DNA of 64,000 bases. It comes from Pseudomonas aeruginosa PAO1 (GTDB taxonomy: Bacteria > Pseudomonadota > Gammaproteobacteria > Pseudomonadales > Pseudomonadaceae). The stretch is from the NCBI RefSeq assembly GCF_000006765.1, contig NC_002516.2. One strand, 5' to 3'. The translations under genes were made by a program, and so were the position numbers. Below, one piece after another: positions 1-8,618 of this stretch. How positions within the stretch are numbered: the stretch's first letter is position 1; each line of letters opens with the position of its first letter. The notes beneath the pieces are model-generated. The model was not told the DNA's origin and did no database searches. It was given only the letters and a program-made list of their open reading frames with translations.

Positions 1-2946
1 GCTGGCGAGCACGCCCAGGCGACCGCCATCGAGCAGCGTCTTCAGTTCCGCGGCAAAGACCGCCAGCGACACATCGTCGAAGGCGTAGTGATGGACGCTG
101 AGCAGGAGGTCGGCGCGCGCGCTGTCGCGGGTGACGACCAGCAGCAGGCGTGCCGGCGCCTCGTGGGCGAGGTCGAAGACTCGCGCGCCCTCACGGCGCA
201 CGCCATCCTCCAGCAACCGCTCGGCGTGGACGGCGTCGCTCGCCAGCAGGCGTTGCAGGGGCACCGCATGCGCCGCCAGCGCATGCGGCTGCGGCCCGTC
301 GACGCCCGTTTCGACACGCCGGCGCAGCGCCACATGCCGTTCCAGCAACTGGCGCAAGGCCTGTTCGATGGCGTCGGCCGTGGCGCCGACTATGCGCAGG
401 TGGGCCAGCAGGTTGTAGGAGGTGTCCTCCGGCGCCAGTTGCTGGGCCACCCACAGGCGCCGTTCGGCGAGGCTCAGCCCGGCGGCGCCGGCGCTCGGCT
501 CCGGCTCGTCGCCCTCGGGCGCGGCCTGGCGCAGCAGTTCCAGCAGGGCCTCGGGGGTCGCCGGGCCACCGGCGAACGCCTGCAACGGTACGCGTCGGGA
601 CAGTCGCTGGCGCAGCGTCGCGAGCAGGTGCACCGCCCGCAGGGAATCGCCGCCGGCGGCGTAGAAGCCCTGTCCGGCGCGCGGCGGCGCACCAAGCTGC
701 GCCTGCCAGGCCTGGTGTAGCGCCTGCTCCAGCGGATCGCTGGGCAGCGCCTGCGGCTCGGCGCCGGTCGCCTGGGGACGCGGCAGGGCCTTGCGGTCGA
801 TCTTGCCGTTGAGCGTCTTGGGCAGCTCCGCCAGGACCACGAACGCCGACGGCAACATGTAGTGCGGCAGACTTTGCCCAAGGTGCTCGTTCAGCGCCTG
901 GAGCGGCGGGGCGAACGGCGCCGCCAGGTAGCCGACCAGCCGACGCAGGCCGGCGCTGTCCTCGGTGAGCATGGCGCAGGCTTCGCTCACCCCGGGAAAA
1001 CTCGCCAGGCACGAGGCGATCTCACCCAGCTCGATGCGGAAGCCGTTGAACTTGACCTGGTCGTCGAGCCGGCCGAGGTGTTCCAGCACGCCGTCCTCGC
1101 GCATGCGTACGCGGTCGCCGGTGCGATAGCGGCGCTCGCCGCTGCCCGGATCGACGCGGAAACGCTCGGCGGTCTGCTCCGGCTTGCCGAAATAGCCACG
1201 CGCCAGGCCGATGCCGCCGAGGTACAGCTCCCCGGCCACGCCCAGCGGCAGCGGCGCCTCGAAGCCGTCGAGCACCTCCACCGTGGTGCCGGGCAGCGGT
1301 CGGCCGATGGGCGGCTCGTCGAGCGCTTCGGCGTGCAGGTCCAGTTCGTGCACCGTCGAATAGGTGGTGTCCTCGGTCGGCCCGTAGAGATTGACCAGGC
1401 GCCGTACCTGGGGTTGGCCACGAATCTGTCGCACCAGGTGGCCGCGCAGCGGTTCGCCGGCCAGGTTCAGCGTGCGCACCCCGCCCGGCAGGTCGCCGAG
1501 GGCGAGCAGCGCGGCGCACACCGAGGGCACGGTATTGAGCAGGCTGATCTCGTCGCGGCGCGGGTAGTCCGGCAGGCTGAACAGGTTTTCCACCAGGTGC
1601 AGCGTGCCGCCTTCGGCCAGGGTGCCGAACAGCTCGTAGACCGACAGGTCGAAGCACACCGAGGTCGCCGCCAGTACCCCGCTCCATTCTTCGGCGGCAT
1701 AGTGCTGGCCGGCCCAGCGCAGGAAGGCATGGGCGCTGCCGTGCTCGATGGCGACGCCCTTGGGGCGTCCGGTGGATCCGGAGGTATAGATGATGTAGGC
1801 GAGGTGGTCGGCGCCGACCTCGCTCGCGGGCAGCGCCAGGTCGTTCGCCTGGTCGCCGCCCTCCTCCAGCGTCAGGCATGGCCGGCCCAGCGCGGCGACC
1901 CGCTCGCGGGTGCTCGCGTCGACCAGCACCAGCAGGCAGTCGGCGTCGTCGAGCATGTAGGCCACCCGCTCCTCCGGATAGGCCGGGTCCAGCGGGACGT
2001 AGCAACCGCCGGCGCGGAGCACGCCAAGCAGGCCGACCAGCAGGCCGCTGTCGCGCCGCAGGCAGACCCCGACCCGCTGCTCCGGAGCCACCCCGGCGGC
2101 GCGCAGGCGCACGGCGAGCGCGGCGCTTTCGCGCTCCAGCTCGGCATAGCTGAGGCTACGGTCGGCGGCGTGCACGGCGATGCGCTGCGGTGTGCGCCGC
2201 GCCTGGGCCTCGAACAGATGGTGGAGTACGCCGCGCGACGGGGCGGCCTGGGGCTCGCTGCGCAGGGCCTGCAAACGGCGCTCTTCGTCGGCGTCCAGCC
2301 AGGGCAGCCGGCCGACGCAGGCCTGGGCGTCGACCAGGCCGCGCGCCAGGCGCGCGAGATGGCCGGCGATACGCCGCAATTCGTCGTACTGGGGATCGCG
2401 CAGAGCCAGGCCGACGCTGCCGTCCGCCGCCAGCACCAGGGCCAGCCAGCCGGGGCTGCTCGCCGTCGGCCGCGCCGCCAGCACCTGGACCGCGCAGCGC
2501 CCGGCCAGGGCGGCGCGCTCCTGGCCGTCGGCGGATAGCTGCCGCCGGGCGTCATCGAGTTCTTCCGCCAGCCGCGCGCTACGTTCGGCGGACGACTCCA
2601 TCGCCCGGTAGGAGGAACGCAGCAGCGCGGGCGCCTGCCGCCCGCGAACCGTGATCGGCTCGGGAAAGCCCAGGGTGATCTCTTCGTTGCCGTAGCGTCC
2701 CAGCAGTACCAGGAACGCCGCCAGCCAGTGCGCCGCCGGGAACGCTTCCGCGGCCGCCTCCGGCTCGAACCATTGCCAGGCGCAATGCGGGTCGCGCAAG
2801 GCGATTCGTCCCGGCAACTCCAGCCCCAGCGGGGCGCCTTGCAGGTAGCGCCGCTCCTGCGCAACCTCCGGGCGCACTGCGCGTCCCGCGGTCAGCGCCT
2901 TGCCCGACGAAAAGCTGCGTAACGGTAAGCCATGTCGCTCCTGCAT
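1..2946 (-). CDS. ambB: Non-ribosomal peptide synthetase AmbB (AMB/methoxyvinylglycine biosynthesis), 5' 982 codons; runs off the left edge
   Basis: Read manually on the minus strand from ATG at 2946 (MQERHGL..., RBS AAGGGGGAG). Adenylation motifs YIIYTSGSTGRPKG, NLYGPTE, YRTGD, NGKIDRKAL; PCP motif GGDSL near 640-660; condensation motif HHYAFDD near 60-95. Absent from the ORF track because it has no stop in the window. Adjacent to a LysE gene, as in the amb cluster. Confidence 0.9.
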   Translation of the reverse strand, partial: MQERHGLPLRSFSSGKALTAGRAVRPEVAQERRYLQGAPLGLELPGRIALRDPHCAWQWFEPEAAAEAFPAAHWLAAFLVLLGRYGNEEITLGFPEPITVRGRQAPALLRSSYRAMESSAERSARLAEELDDARRQLSADGQERAALAGRCAVQVLAARPTASSPGWLALVLAADGSVGLALRDPQYDELRRIAGHLARLARGLVDAQACVGRLPWLDADEERRLQALRSEPQAAPSRGVLHHLFEAQARRTPQRIAVHAADRSLSYAELERESAALAVRLRAAGVAPEQRVGVCLRRDSGLLVGLLGVLRAGGCYVPLDPAYPEERVAYMLDDADCLLVLVDASTRERVAALGRPCLTLEEGGDQANDLALPASEVGADHLAYIIYTSGSTGRPKGVAIEHGSAHAFLRWAGQHYAAEEWSGVLAATSVCFDLSVYELFGTLAEGGTLHLVENLFSLPDYPRRDEISLLNTVPSVCAALLALGDLPGGVRTLNLAGEPLRGHLVRQIRGQPQVRRLVNLYGPTEDTTYSTVHELDLHAEALDEPPIGRPLPGTTVEVLDGFEAPLPLGVAGELYLGGIGLARGYFGKPEQTAERFRVDPGSGERRYRTGDRVRMREDGVLEHLGRLDDQVKFNGFRIELGEIASCLASFPGVSEACAMLTEDSAGLRRLVGYLAAPFAPPLQALNEHLGQSLPHYMLPSAFVVLAELPKTLNGKIDRKALPRPQATGAEPQALPSDPLEQALHQAWQAQLGAPPRAGQGFYAAGGDSLRAVHLLATLRQRLSRRVPLQAFAGGPATPEALLELLRQAAPEGDEPEPSAGAAGLSLAERRLWVAQQLAPEDTSYNLLAHLRIVGATADAIEQALRQLLERHVALRRRVETGVDGPQPHALAAHAVPLQRLLASDAVHAERLLEDGVRREGARVFDLAHEAPARLLLVVTRDSARADLLLSVHHYAFDDVSLAVFAAELKTLLDGGRLGVLAS

Positions 2947-3011
2947 CGCTCTCCCCCTTCCGAGGCTGGGCACCGAGCGAAAAACTCTTCACGAAATGGC
3001 GACGAGTTACG

Positions 3012-3031
3012 AGCTAATACAATTGATAGGG
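3012..3031 (-). promoter_or_regulatory. Candidate las/rhl box upstream of ambB
   Basis: Minus-strand CCCTATCAATTGTATTAGCT fits NNCT-N12-AGNN, about 65 bp upstream of the ambB start; amb genes are known to be quorum-sensing controlled. Confidence 0.55.
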
Positions 3032-3041
3032 TGGTGACAGG

Positions 3042-3659
3042 TCAGGCCGAATGGCTTTCCGCGAGGATCGGGTACAGCGACGCGACCAACAGCAGCGCCA
3101 TCCCTACGTTGAACACCCTCAGCCAGCGCGGATCGCGCAGCACGTTGCGCAGCATGCTGCCGAAACCGGCCCAGATTCCGATGGTCGGCGCGTTGATCAG
3201 GGCAAATACCGTGGAGATCACCACCACGTTGGTGAAGTAGCCCTGCAACGGCGTATAGGTGCTTATGGCGCCGACCGCCATCACCCAGGCCTTCGGGTTG
3301 ACCCACTGGAACGCCGCCGCGCCCCAGTAGCTCAACGGCTTGCCACGTCCCTCCGGGTCGTTGCCGGCCGGGCCGGACGTGGCGATCTTCCAGGCCAGGT
3401 ACAGCAGGTACGCCGCGCCGACGTAGCGCAGGATGGTGTACAGCACCGGATAGGCCTCGAACACCGTGCCCAGGCCGAAGCCCACCGCCATCACCATGAT
3501 GAAGAAGCCGCAACTGATCCCGAGGATGTGCGGGATGGAGCGGACGAAACCGAAGTTGACCCCCGAGGCCAGCAACATGGTGTTGTTCGGACCGGGCGTG
3601 ACGGAGGTGACGAAGGCGAACAGGGAGAACGCCAGCAGCAGATCCACGGAGAGCGACAT
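3042..3659 (-). CDS. ambA: LysE-family exporter AmbA
   Basis: LysE signature TPGPNN...SGVNFG and FQWVNPKAW; hydrophobic; start taken at MSLSV with AAGGA 8 nt upstream; lies next to ambB. Confidence 0.88.
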   Translation of the reverse strand: MSLSVDLLLAFSLFAFVTSVTPGPNNTMLLASGVNFGFVRSIPHILGISCGFFIMVMAVGFGLGTVFEAYPVLYTILRYVGAAYLLYLAWKIATSGPAGNDPEGRGKPLSYWGAAAFQWVNPKAWVMAVGAISTYTPLQGYFTNVVVISTVFALINAPTIGIWAGFGSMLRNVLRDPRWLRVFNVGMALLLVASLYPILAESHSA

Positions 3660-3768
3660 TCGTTCCATCCTTTGAAGTGGGTGCGGGCAAGACGTTACTC
3701 CGCTTTGCCGCCGCGCCAGAGCAACAGTTGCCGAGAAAGTTGCCGTAACACTCCACCCGTCCGCCGCC

Positions 3769-4635
3769 CTAGCGTTGCACTCCCCAGCGCTTCACCGTGA
3801 GGCGCTCGATGCTGCCGAAAACCAGGTTCTCCACCAGCAGGCCGATCAGCACCACCACGGCCAGGCCGGCGAATACCTTGTCGGTGTACAGCTCGTTGCG
3901 GTTCTGGAAAATGTACCAGCCGAGCCCGCCCTTGCCGCTGCTCGCGCCGAACACCAGTTCCGCGGCGATCAGCGTGCGCCAGGCGAAGGCCCAGCCGATC
4001 TTCAGCCCGGCGAGAATCGACGGCAGCGCCGCCGGCACCAGGATCAGCAGGACGAAGCGCAGGCCACGCAGGCCGTAGTTGCGCCCTGCCATGCGCAGGG
4101 TCTCCGAGACACCGAGGAAACCGGCATAGGTGTTCAGCGCCAGCGCCCAGAGCACCGAATGCACCAGCACGAAGATCAGGCTGTTCTGGCCCAGGCCGAA
4201 CCAGAGCAGCGCCAGCGGCAGCAGCGCGATCGCCGGCAGCGGGTTGAACATCGCCGTGAGGGTCCCGAGCAGGTCGCGGCCCAACTGCGTGGAGACCGCC
4301 AGGCTGGTCAGAACGAAGGCCAGGACGATCCCCAGCAGGTAGCCCTTGAACAGCACCAGCAGGGAGATCCCCGCCTTGGCCGGCAGTTCGCCGCTGGCCA
4401 GGCCCTCGCCGAGGGCCCTGGCCGTCTGCAGGAAGCCTGGCAGCAGCAGGTCGTTGCCCTGGACCCGCGCCGCCAGCTCCCAGGCCAGCGCCAGCAGCGC
4501 CAGGATCAGCCCCTTGCGCAGCCAGCTCTGTTGCCAGAGACGCTGGCTCAGGGGAAGGCGCCGCTCCAGGGAGACCTCCAGCAGGGGTTCGAGCTGGACT
4601 TCGTATTCTTCGCGAACGCGCGTGACTCGACTCAT
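3769..4635 (-). CDS. ABC transporter permease (SsuC/TauC-like)
   Basis: Hydrophobic; PAIALLPLALLWFG and LPSILAGLKIGWAFAWRTLIAAE motifs of the nitrate/sulfonate/taurine permease class. Confidence 0.9.
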   Translation of the reverse strand: MSRVTRVREEYEVQLEPLLEVSLERRLPLSQRLWQQSWLRKGLILALLALAWELAARVQGNDLLLPGFLQTARALGEGLASGELPAKAGISLLVLFKGYLLGIVLAFVLTSLAVSTQLGRDLLGTLTAMFNPLPAIALLPLALLWFGLGQNSLIFVLVHSVLWALALNTYAGFLGVSETLRMAGRNYGLRGLRFVLLILVPAALPSILAGLKIGWAFAWRTLIAAELVFGASSGKGGLGWYIFQNRNELYTDKVFAGLAVVVLIGLLVENLVFGSIERLTVKRWGVQR

Positions 4636-4651
4636 CGATCGATTCCTCTGC

Positions 4652-5500
4652 TCAATGGGCCAGCCGGATATCGGCGAAGTCGAGGGTCGCGGCCGCCGTC
4701 GGTTCGCCGCCCTCGTCGAACAGCAAGCGGTGGATGCGTCGCGCCGCGGCTTGCAGCGGCTCGCCGCCAAGGCTGTGCAGCCCGAACGGGTGGCCGTGCA
4801 CTTCGGCCCGGACCCGCCCCGGGTGCGGCGAGAGCAGCAGGATGCGGTTGCCCACCACCAACGCCTCCTCGATGGAGTGGGTGACGAACAGCAGAGTGAA
4901 ACGCACCTCTTCCCACAGGCGCAGCAGTTCCTCCTGCATCTTTCGCCGGGTCAGCGCGTCCAGCGCGGCGAACGGCTCGTCCATCAGCAGGATCTTCGGC
5001 TGCATCGCCAGCGCCCGGGCGATCGCCACCCGCGCCTTCATGCCCCCGGACAGCGTGTGCGGGTAGGCCTCGGCGAAGCCCGCCAGGCCGACCTTCTCGA
5101 GGCATTCGTCGGCGCGTCGCTCGGCCTCGTCGCGCGTCACCTGGCCGGACACCCGCAAGGGGAACAGCACGTTCTGCCGTACGGTCTTCCATGGCGGCAA
5201 CTGGTCGAACTCCTGGAACACCACGATACGGTCGGGGCCGGGCGCCCTGACCGCCTGTCCCTGAAGGCGGATCTCGCCCTCGCTGGGCGTGATGAAGCCG
5301 GCCACCGCCTTGAGCAGGGTCGACTTGCCGCAACCGGACGGGCCGAGCAGGACGAAGCGATCGGCCGGGTCGACTTCGAAGCTGACCCGCTGGGTGGCCC
5401 GCACCACGCGCGAGCGGGTGCGGTATTCGAGGCTGACTCCGTCCACCGCCAGCAGGGCGTCGGCGGGGAGCGTGGAAGGTTGGCGGGAGGCGGCGTTCAT
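4652..5500 (-). CDS. ABC transporter ATP-binding protein (SsuB/TauB-like)
   Basis: Walker A GPSGCGKS, signature LSGGM, Walker B LLMDEPF, VTHSIEEA. Confidence 0.92.
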   Translation of the reverse strand: MNAASRQPSTLPADALLAVDGVSLEYRTRSRVVRATQRVSFEVDPADRFVLLGPSGCGKSTLLKAVAGFITPSEGEIRLQGQAVRAPGPDRIVVFQEFDQLPPWKTVRQNVLFPLRVSGQVTRDEAERRADECLEKVGLAGFAEAYPHTLSGGMKARVAIARALAMQPKILLMDEPFAALDALTRRKMQEELLRLWEEVRFTLLFVTHSIEEALVVGNRILLLSPHPGRVRAEVHGHPFGLHSLGGEPLQAAARRIHRLLFDEGGEPTAAATLDFADIRLAH

Positions 5501-5507
5501 CGGCGTC

Positions 5508-6530
5508 TCAACTCCCCTGCAACGGCGCGCCGTCCTGGAAGAAATAGTCCTGCCAGGAGGCCGGCTTGTTGCGGATCGCACCGACCCGGTAGAGAAACTC
5601 CGCCAGCGGATAGGTGTTCTTCGGCGTGACGCTGAACTCCACCTGCGGATTGGCGATGATCTTCAGCAGCGCGGCTCGGTCGATCTTCGCCCCGGTCACC
5701 CGGATATAGGTATCGGCGGCCGCCGCCTTGTCGTTCTGGGCGAAGGCCGCCGCTTCCTTCAGCGCCTCGACGAAGGCCCGGTAGGTCTTCGGGTTGTCCT
5801 GGCGGAACTTCTCCGTGGCGAACAGCACGGTCGGCGAATTCGGCCCCAGCAGCTCGTAGCTGTCGAGCACCACGTGGACCTTCGGGTTGGCCAGCGCCTG
5901 GTCCTGGAACGGCGGGTTGGAGAAATGCCCGGTCAGCTCGGTGCCGCCGGCCACCAGCGCGGCGGTGGCGTCCGGATGCGGCAGCGCCACGGTGTACTTG
6001 TCGAGGCGGTCGAACTGCTTGTCGCCCCACTGCTTCGCCGCGGCGTACTGGAGGAAGCGCGACTGCACCGAAACCCCCACCGCCGGCACGGCGATGCGAT
6101 CCCCGGCGCCGAAGTCGGCGATGCTCCTGACCCGCGGGTCGTTGCTCAGCAGGTAGTAGGGGAAGTTGCCCAGCGAAGCCACCGCCTTGACGTTCTGGCG
6201 CCCGCGGGTACGGTCCCAGATGGTCAGCAGCGGACCGACGCCGGCACCGGCGATATCGATCGCCCCGGACAGCAGCGCATCGTTGACCGCCGCGCCGCCG
6301 GACAGTTGGGTCCAGTCGACCTTGATTTGCAGGCCCTCGGCCTGGCCGTGCTTTTCGATCAGGCGCTGGTCGCGGACCACGTTGAGCAGCAGGTAGACGA
6401 TGCCGAACTGCTCGGCGATGCGGATCTCGCCCTCGGCCTGCGCCGGCCGGCTGGCCAGCAGCGTGGTGGCGAGGCTCAGGCCCAGGCCGAGCGCGGCGAC
6501 CAGGCGGGTGAAACGGGGAATGCGGTTCAT
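5508..6530 (-). CDS. ABC transporter periplasmic substrate-binding protein (SsuA/TauA-like)
   Basis: Signal peptide ending AQA; operon position; no Cys and no internal Met. Confidence 0.85.
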   Translation of the reverse strand: MNRIPRFTRLVAALGLGLSLATTLLASRPAQAEGEIRIAEQFGIVYLLLNVVRDQRLIEKHGQAEGLQIKVDWTQLSGGAAVNDALLSGAIDIAGAGVGPLLTIWDRTRGRQNVKAVASLGNFPYYLLSNDPRVRSIADFGAGDRIAVPAVGVSVQSRFLQYAAAKQWGDKQFDRLDKYTVALPHPDATAALVAGGTELTGHFSNPPFQDQALANPKVHVVLDSYELLGPNSPTVLFATEKFRQDNPKTYRAFVEALKEAAAFAQNDKAAAADTYIRVTGAKIDRAALLKIIANPQVEFSVTPKNTYPLAEFLYRVGAIRNKPASWQDYFFQDGAPLQGS

Positions 6531-6570
6531 GGAAACGCTCCTGGCGAAAAGGGGGAAGCGCGTGCCGTCG

Positions 6571-7458
6571 TCAGAACGGCGCGTCGCCCTGGATGGTGGT
6601 GCGGTAGAGCTTGCGCCGCAGGTGGGCCGGGCAACCGCCGGCGAGATGGATCAGCGAGCGGTTGTCCCAGAACACCAGGTCATGCGCCTGCCAGCGATGC
6701 CGGTAGATGTGCTCGGGGCGCACGCTGTGCGCATACAGCTCGGCGAGCAGTTGGGCGCTCTCGTCGGCCGGCAGGCCGACGATGCGGGTGGTGAAACCTT
6801 CGCTGACGAACAGCGCCTTGCGCCCACTTTCCGGGTGGGTGCGCACGATCGGATGGACCACTTCGCGCACCTCGGCGAGCTGGGCGGCGCTCAGGGTCGG
6901 CCGCCAGTTGCCCTCGAAGCGCGGTTCGCTGTAGCGGGCGGTATAGGAATGCGCCGCCGTGCGTCCCTCGATGGCCTTGCGCAGGGCTTCCGGCAGGCTG
7001 TCCCAGGCCTTGTGCATGTCGGCGAACAGAGTATCGCCGCCCTCCTCCGGCAGCTCCTGGGCATGCAGCATCGAGCCGAGGCTCGGCAGCTCCTTATAGG
7101 AAAGGTCGGAGTGCCAGAACTTGCCGGCATCGCCGAGACCGATGGGCTGGCCGTTCTCGACGATGTTGGAAACGATGAGGATCTCCGGATGCCCTGGGAG
7201 CAGGAACTGCTTCAGCACATGGATCTGCAACTCACCGAAGCGCCGGCTGAAGGCGATCTGCTGCGCCGGGGTGATGCGCTGCTCGCGGAACACCAGCACA
7301 TGGTGGTCCAGGTGCGCCCGGTGGATACGGCGGAAGTCCTCGGCGGCCAGGGGCAACCCGAGGTCGAGGCCGAGCACCTCGGCGCCGAACGCAGCGTCGA
7401 GGGCACGGATCTGCAAGGGAACGTCGGCGCGCGCTGGCGCCGGAAGGGAAACGGACAT
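6571..7458 (-). CDS. TauD/AtsK-family alpha-ketoglutarate-dependent dioxygenase
   Basis: HxD motif WHSDLSY, VHPIVRTHPESGRKALFV, WDNRSLIH; GGGAG RBS before MSVSL. Confidence 0.92.
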   Translation of the reverse strand: MSVSLPAPARADVPLQIRALDAAFGAEVLGLDLGLPLAAEDFRRIHRAHLDHHVLVFREQRITPAQQIAFSRRFGELQIHVLKQFLLPGHPEILIVSNIVENGQPIGLGDAGKFWHSDLSYKELPSLGSMLHAQELPEEGGDTLFADMHKAWDSLPEALRKAIEGRTAAHSYTARYSEPRFEGNWRPTLSAAQLAEVREVVHPIVRTHPESGRKALFVSEGFTTRIVGLPADESAQLLAELYAHSVRPEHIYRHRWQAHDLVFWDNRSLIHLAGGCPAHLRRKLYRTTIQGDAPF

Positions 7459-7559
7459 CGCTGACTCCCACGCAAGCCCGGACACGCCAGGCACGAGATA
7501 CCGCGCAAGGCGGCATGGATTCGGTGCGGCGCGCCGATTGGTCGGCAGGTACGCGAGAG

Positions 7560-7690
7560 CCTTTAATTTATTGGAATAAGAAAATTAATTTAAATATCTT
7601 TAAAGAATATAAATATGCTGCTCCGTACGGTTCGGCGTTCCTTGTAAGCACAAAAGTGAATTAATAAATAAAAACTTAGTATTTATGGCT
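7560..7690. promoter_or_regulatory. AT-rich divergent promoter region between the TauD/ABC operon and the peptide/XRE genes
   Basis: Sharp AT-rich island in a GC-rich background, between divergent genes. Confidence 0.6.
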
Positions 7691-7747
7691 CTAAGCGGCG
7701 AAGGGATAGTCTGGCTGCCATCGAACCCGCCGCCCGAGGAATGCCTC

Positions 7748-7906
7748 ATGGACCGCACCGACAACGTCATCGATTTCGCCCGCTACCGCTCGCGCCGCCA
7801 GGCACGCCGCCTGGGCGAAATGATGTGGGCGGTGTACGCCTGGCGGGCCGGCTACGCCGTGCCGCAACCGCCAGCCAGGCACGACGAGCGCAGCCGCCGG
7901 GCCTGA
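7748..7906 (+). CDS. Small hypothetical protein (52 aa, MDRTDNVIDFARYRSRR...)
   Basis: GAGGA RBS 7 nt before ATG 7748; stop lies 3 nt before the XRE gene start. Confidence 0.65.
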   Translation: MDRTDNVIDFARYRSRRQARRLGEMMWAVYAWRAGYAVPQPPARHDERSRRA

Positions 7907-7909
7907 CCG

Positions 7910-8542
7910 ATGAACCTGCCCGCCAGCGATGGCGTTGCCCACCTGGAACTGGCCGCCGGCGTGCATACCGAACCCGATGATCTGATTGGCCAGCGCGTCG
8001 CCCACAACCTGCTGCGCCTGCGCGGCAAGCGCAATCTCTCGCTGGACGCCCTGGCGCGGATTTCCGGTGTCAGCCGGGCGATGCTGGCGCAGATCGAGTC
8101 CGGGCGCAGCGTGCCGTCGATCAAGGTGCTGTGCAAGATCGCCCAGGGTCTCAAGGTGTCGGTGGCAGCCTTCCTCGACGATCGCGCCTTCGCCGGTGTC
8201 GCCGTGCTGCCGGCGCAACAGAGCAAGCGCCTGGTCAGCGCCGACGGCGCCTTCACCAGCCGCGCGCTGTTCCCCTTCGATGTGGCGCGCCAGGTGGAGT
8301 TCTACGAACTGCGCCTGCGCGGCCTCGGCCAGGAAGACGCCGAAGCCCACGCCCCCGGTACCCAGGAGAACCTGGTGGTGGCGCAGGGGGTACTGGAAGT
8401 GCGGGTCAACGAGGAGCGCTTCCTGCTCGCCACCGGCGACTCGATCCTGTTCTACGCCGACCAGCCGCACAGCTACCGCAACCCCGCCGATAGCGAAGCC
8501 CTGGCGTACCTGGTGATGACCTACCCGGAGCGCCTGGACTGA
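7910..8542 (+). CDS. XRE-family HTH transcriptional regulator with C-terminal cupin sensor
   Basis: LSLDALARISGVSRAMLAQIESGRSVPSIKVLCKIAQGL HTH; cupin AHAPGTQENLVV...GDSILFYADQPHSYRN. Confidence 0.9.
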   Translation: MNLPASDGVAHLELAAGVHTEPDDLIGQRVAHNLLRLRGKRNLSLDALARISGVSRAMLAQIESGRSVPSIKVLCKIAQGLKVSVAAFLDDRAFAGVAVLPAQQSKRLVSADGAFTSRALFPFDVARQVEFYELRLRGLGQEDAEAHAPGTQENLVVAQGVLEVRVNEERFLLATGDSILFYADQPHSYRNPADSEALAYLVMTYPERLD

Positions 8543-8569
8543 CCCCCGGCCTTGCTGCCATGGACGAAG

Positions 8570-8602
8570 AAAGGCCCGCCCGGTCATCCCGGGCGGGCCT
8601 TT
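8570..8602. terminator. Bidirectional intrinsic terminator
   Basis: Perfect 14-bp inverted repeat AAAGGCCCGCCCGG / CCGGGCGGGCCTTT with a 5-nt loop, between convergent genes. Confidence 0.85.
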
Positions 8603-8618
8603 TCCATCCGGCGACGGA

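Noticed and set aside
862-2538. 558-aa plus-strand ORF
   Set aside because: Antisense shadow of ambB; stop-poor reverse frames are expected at this GC content.
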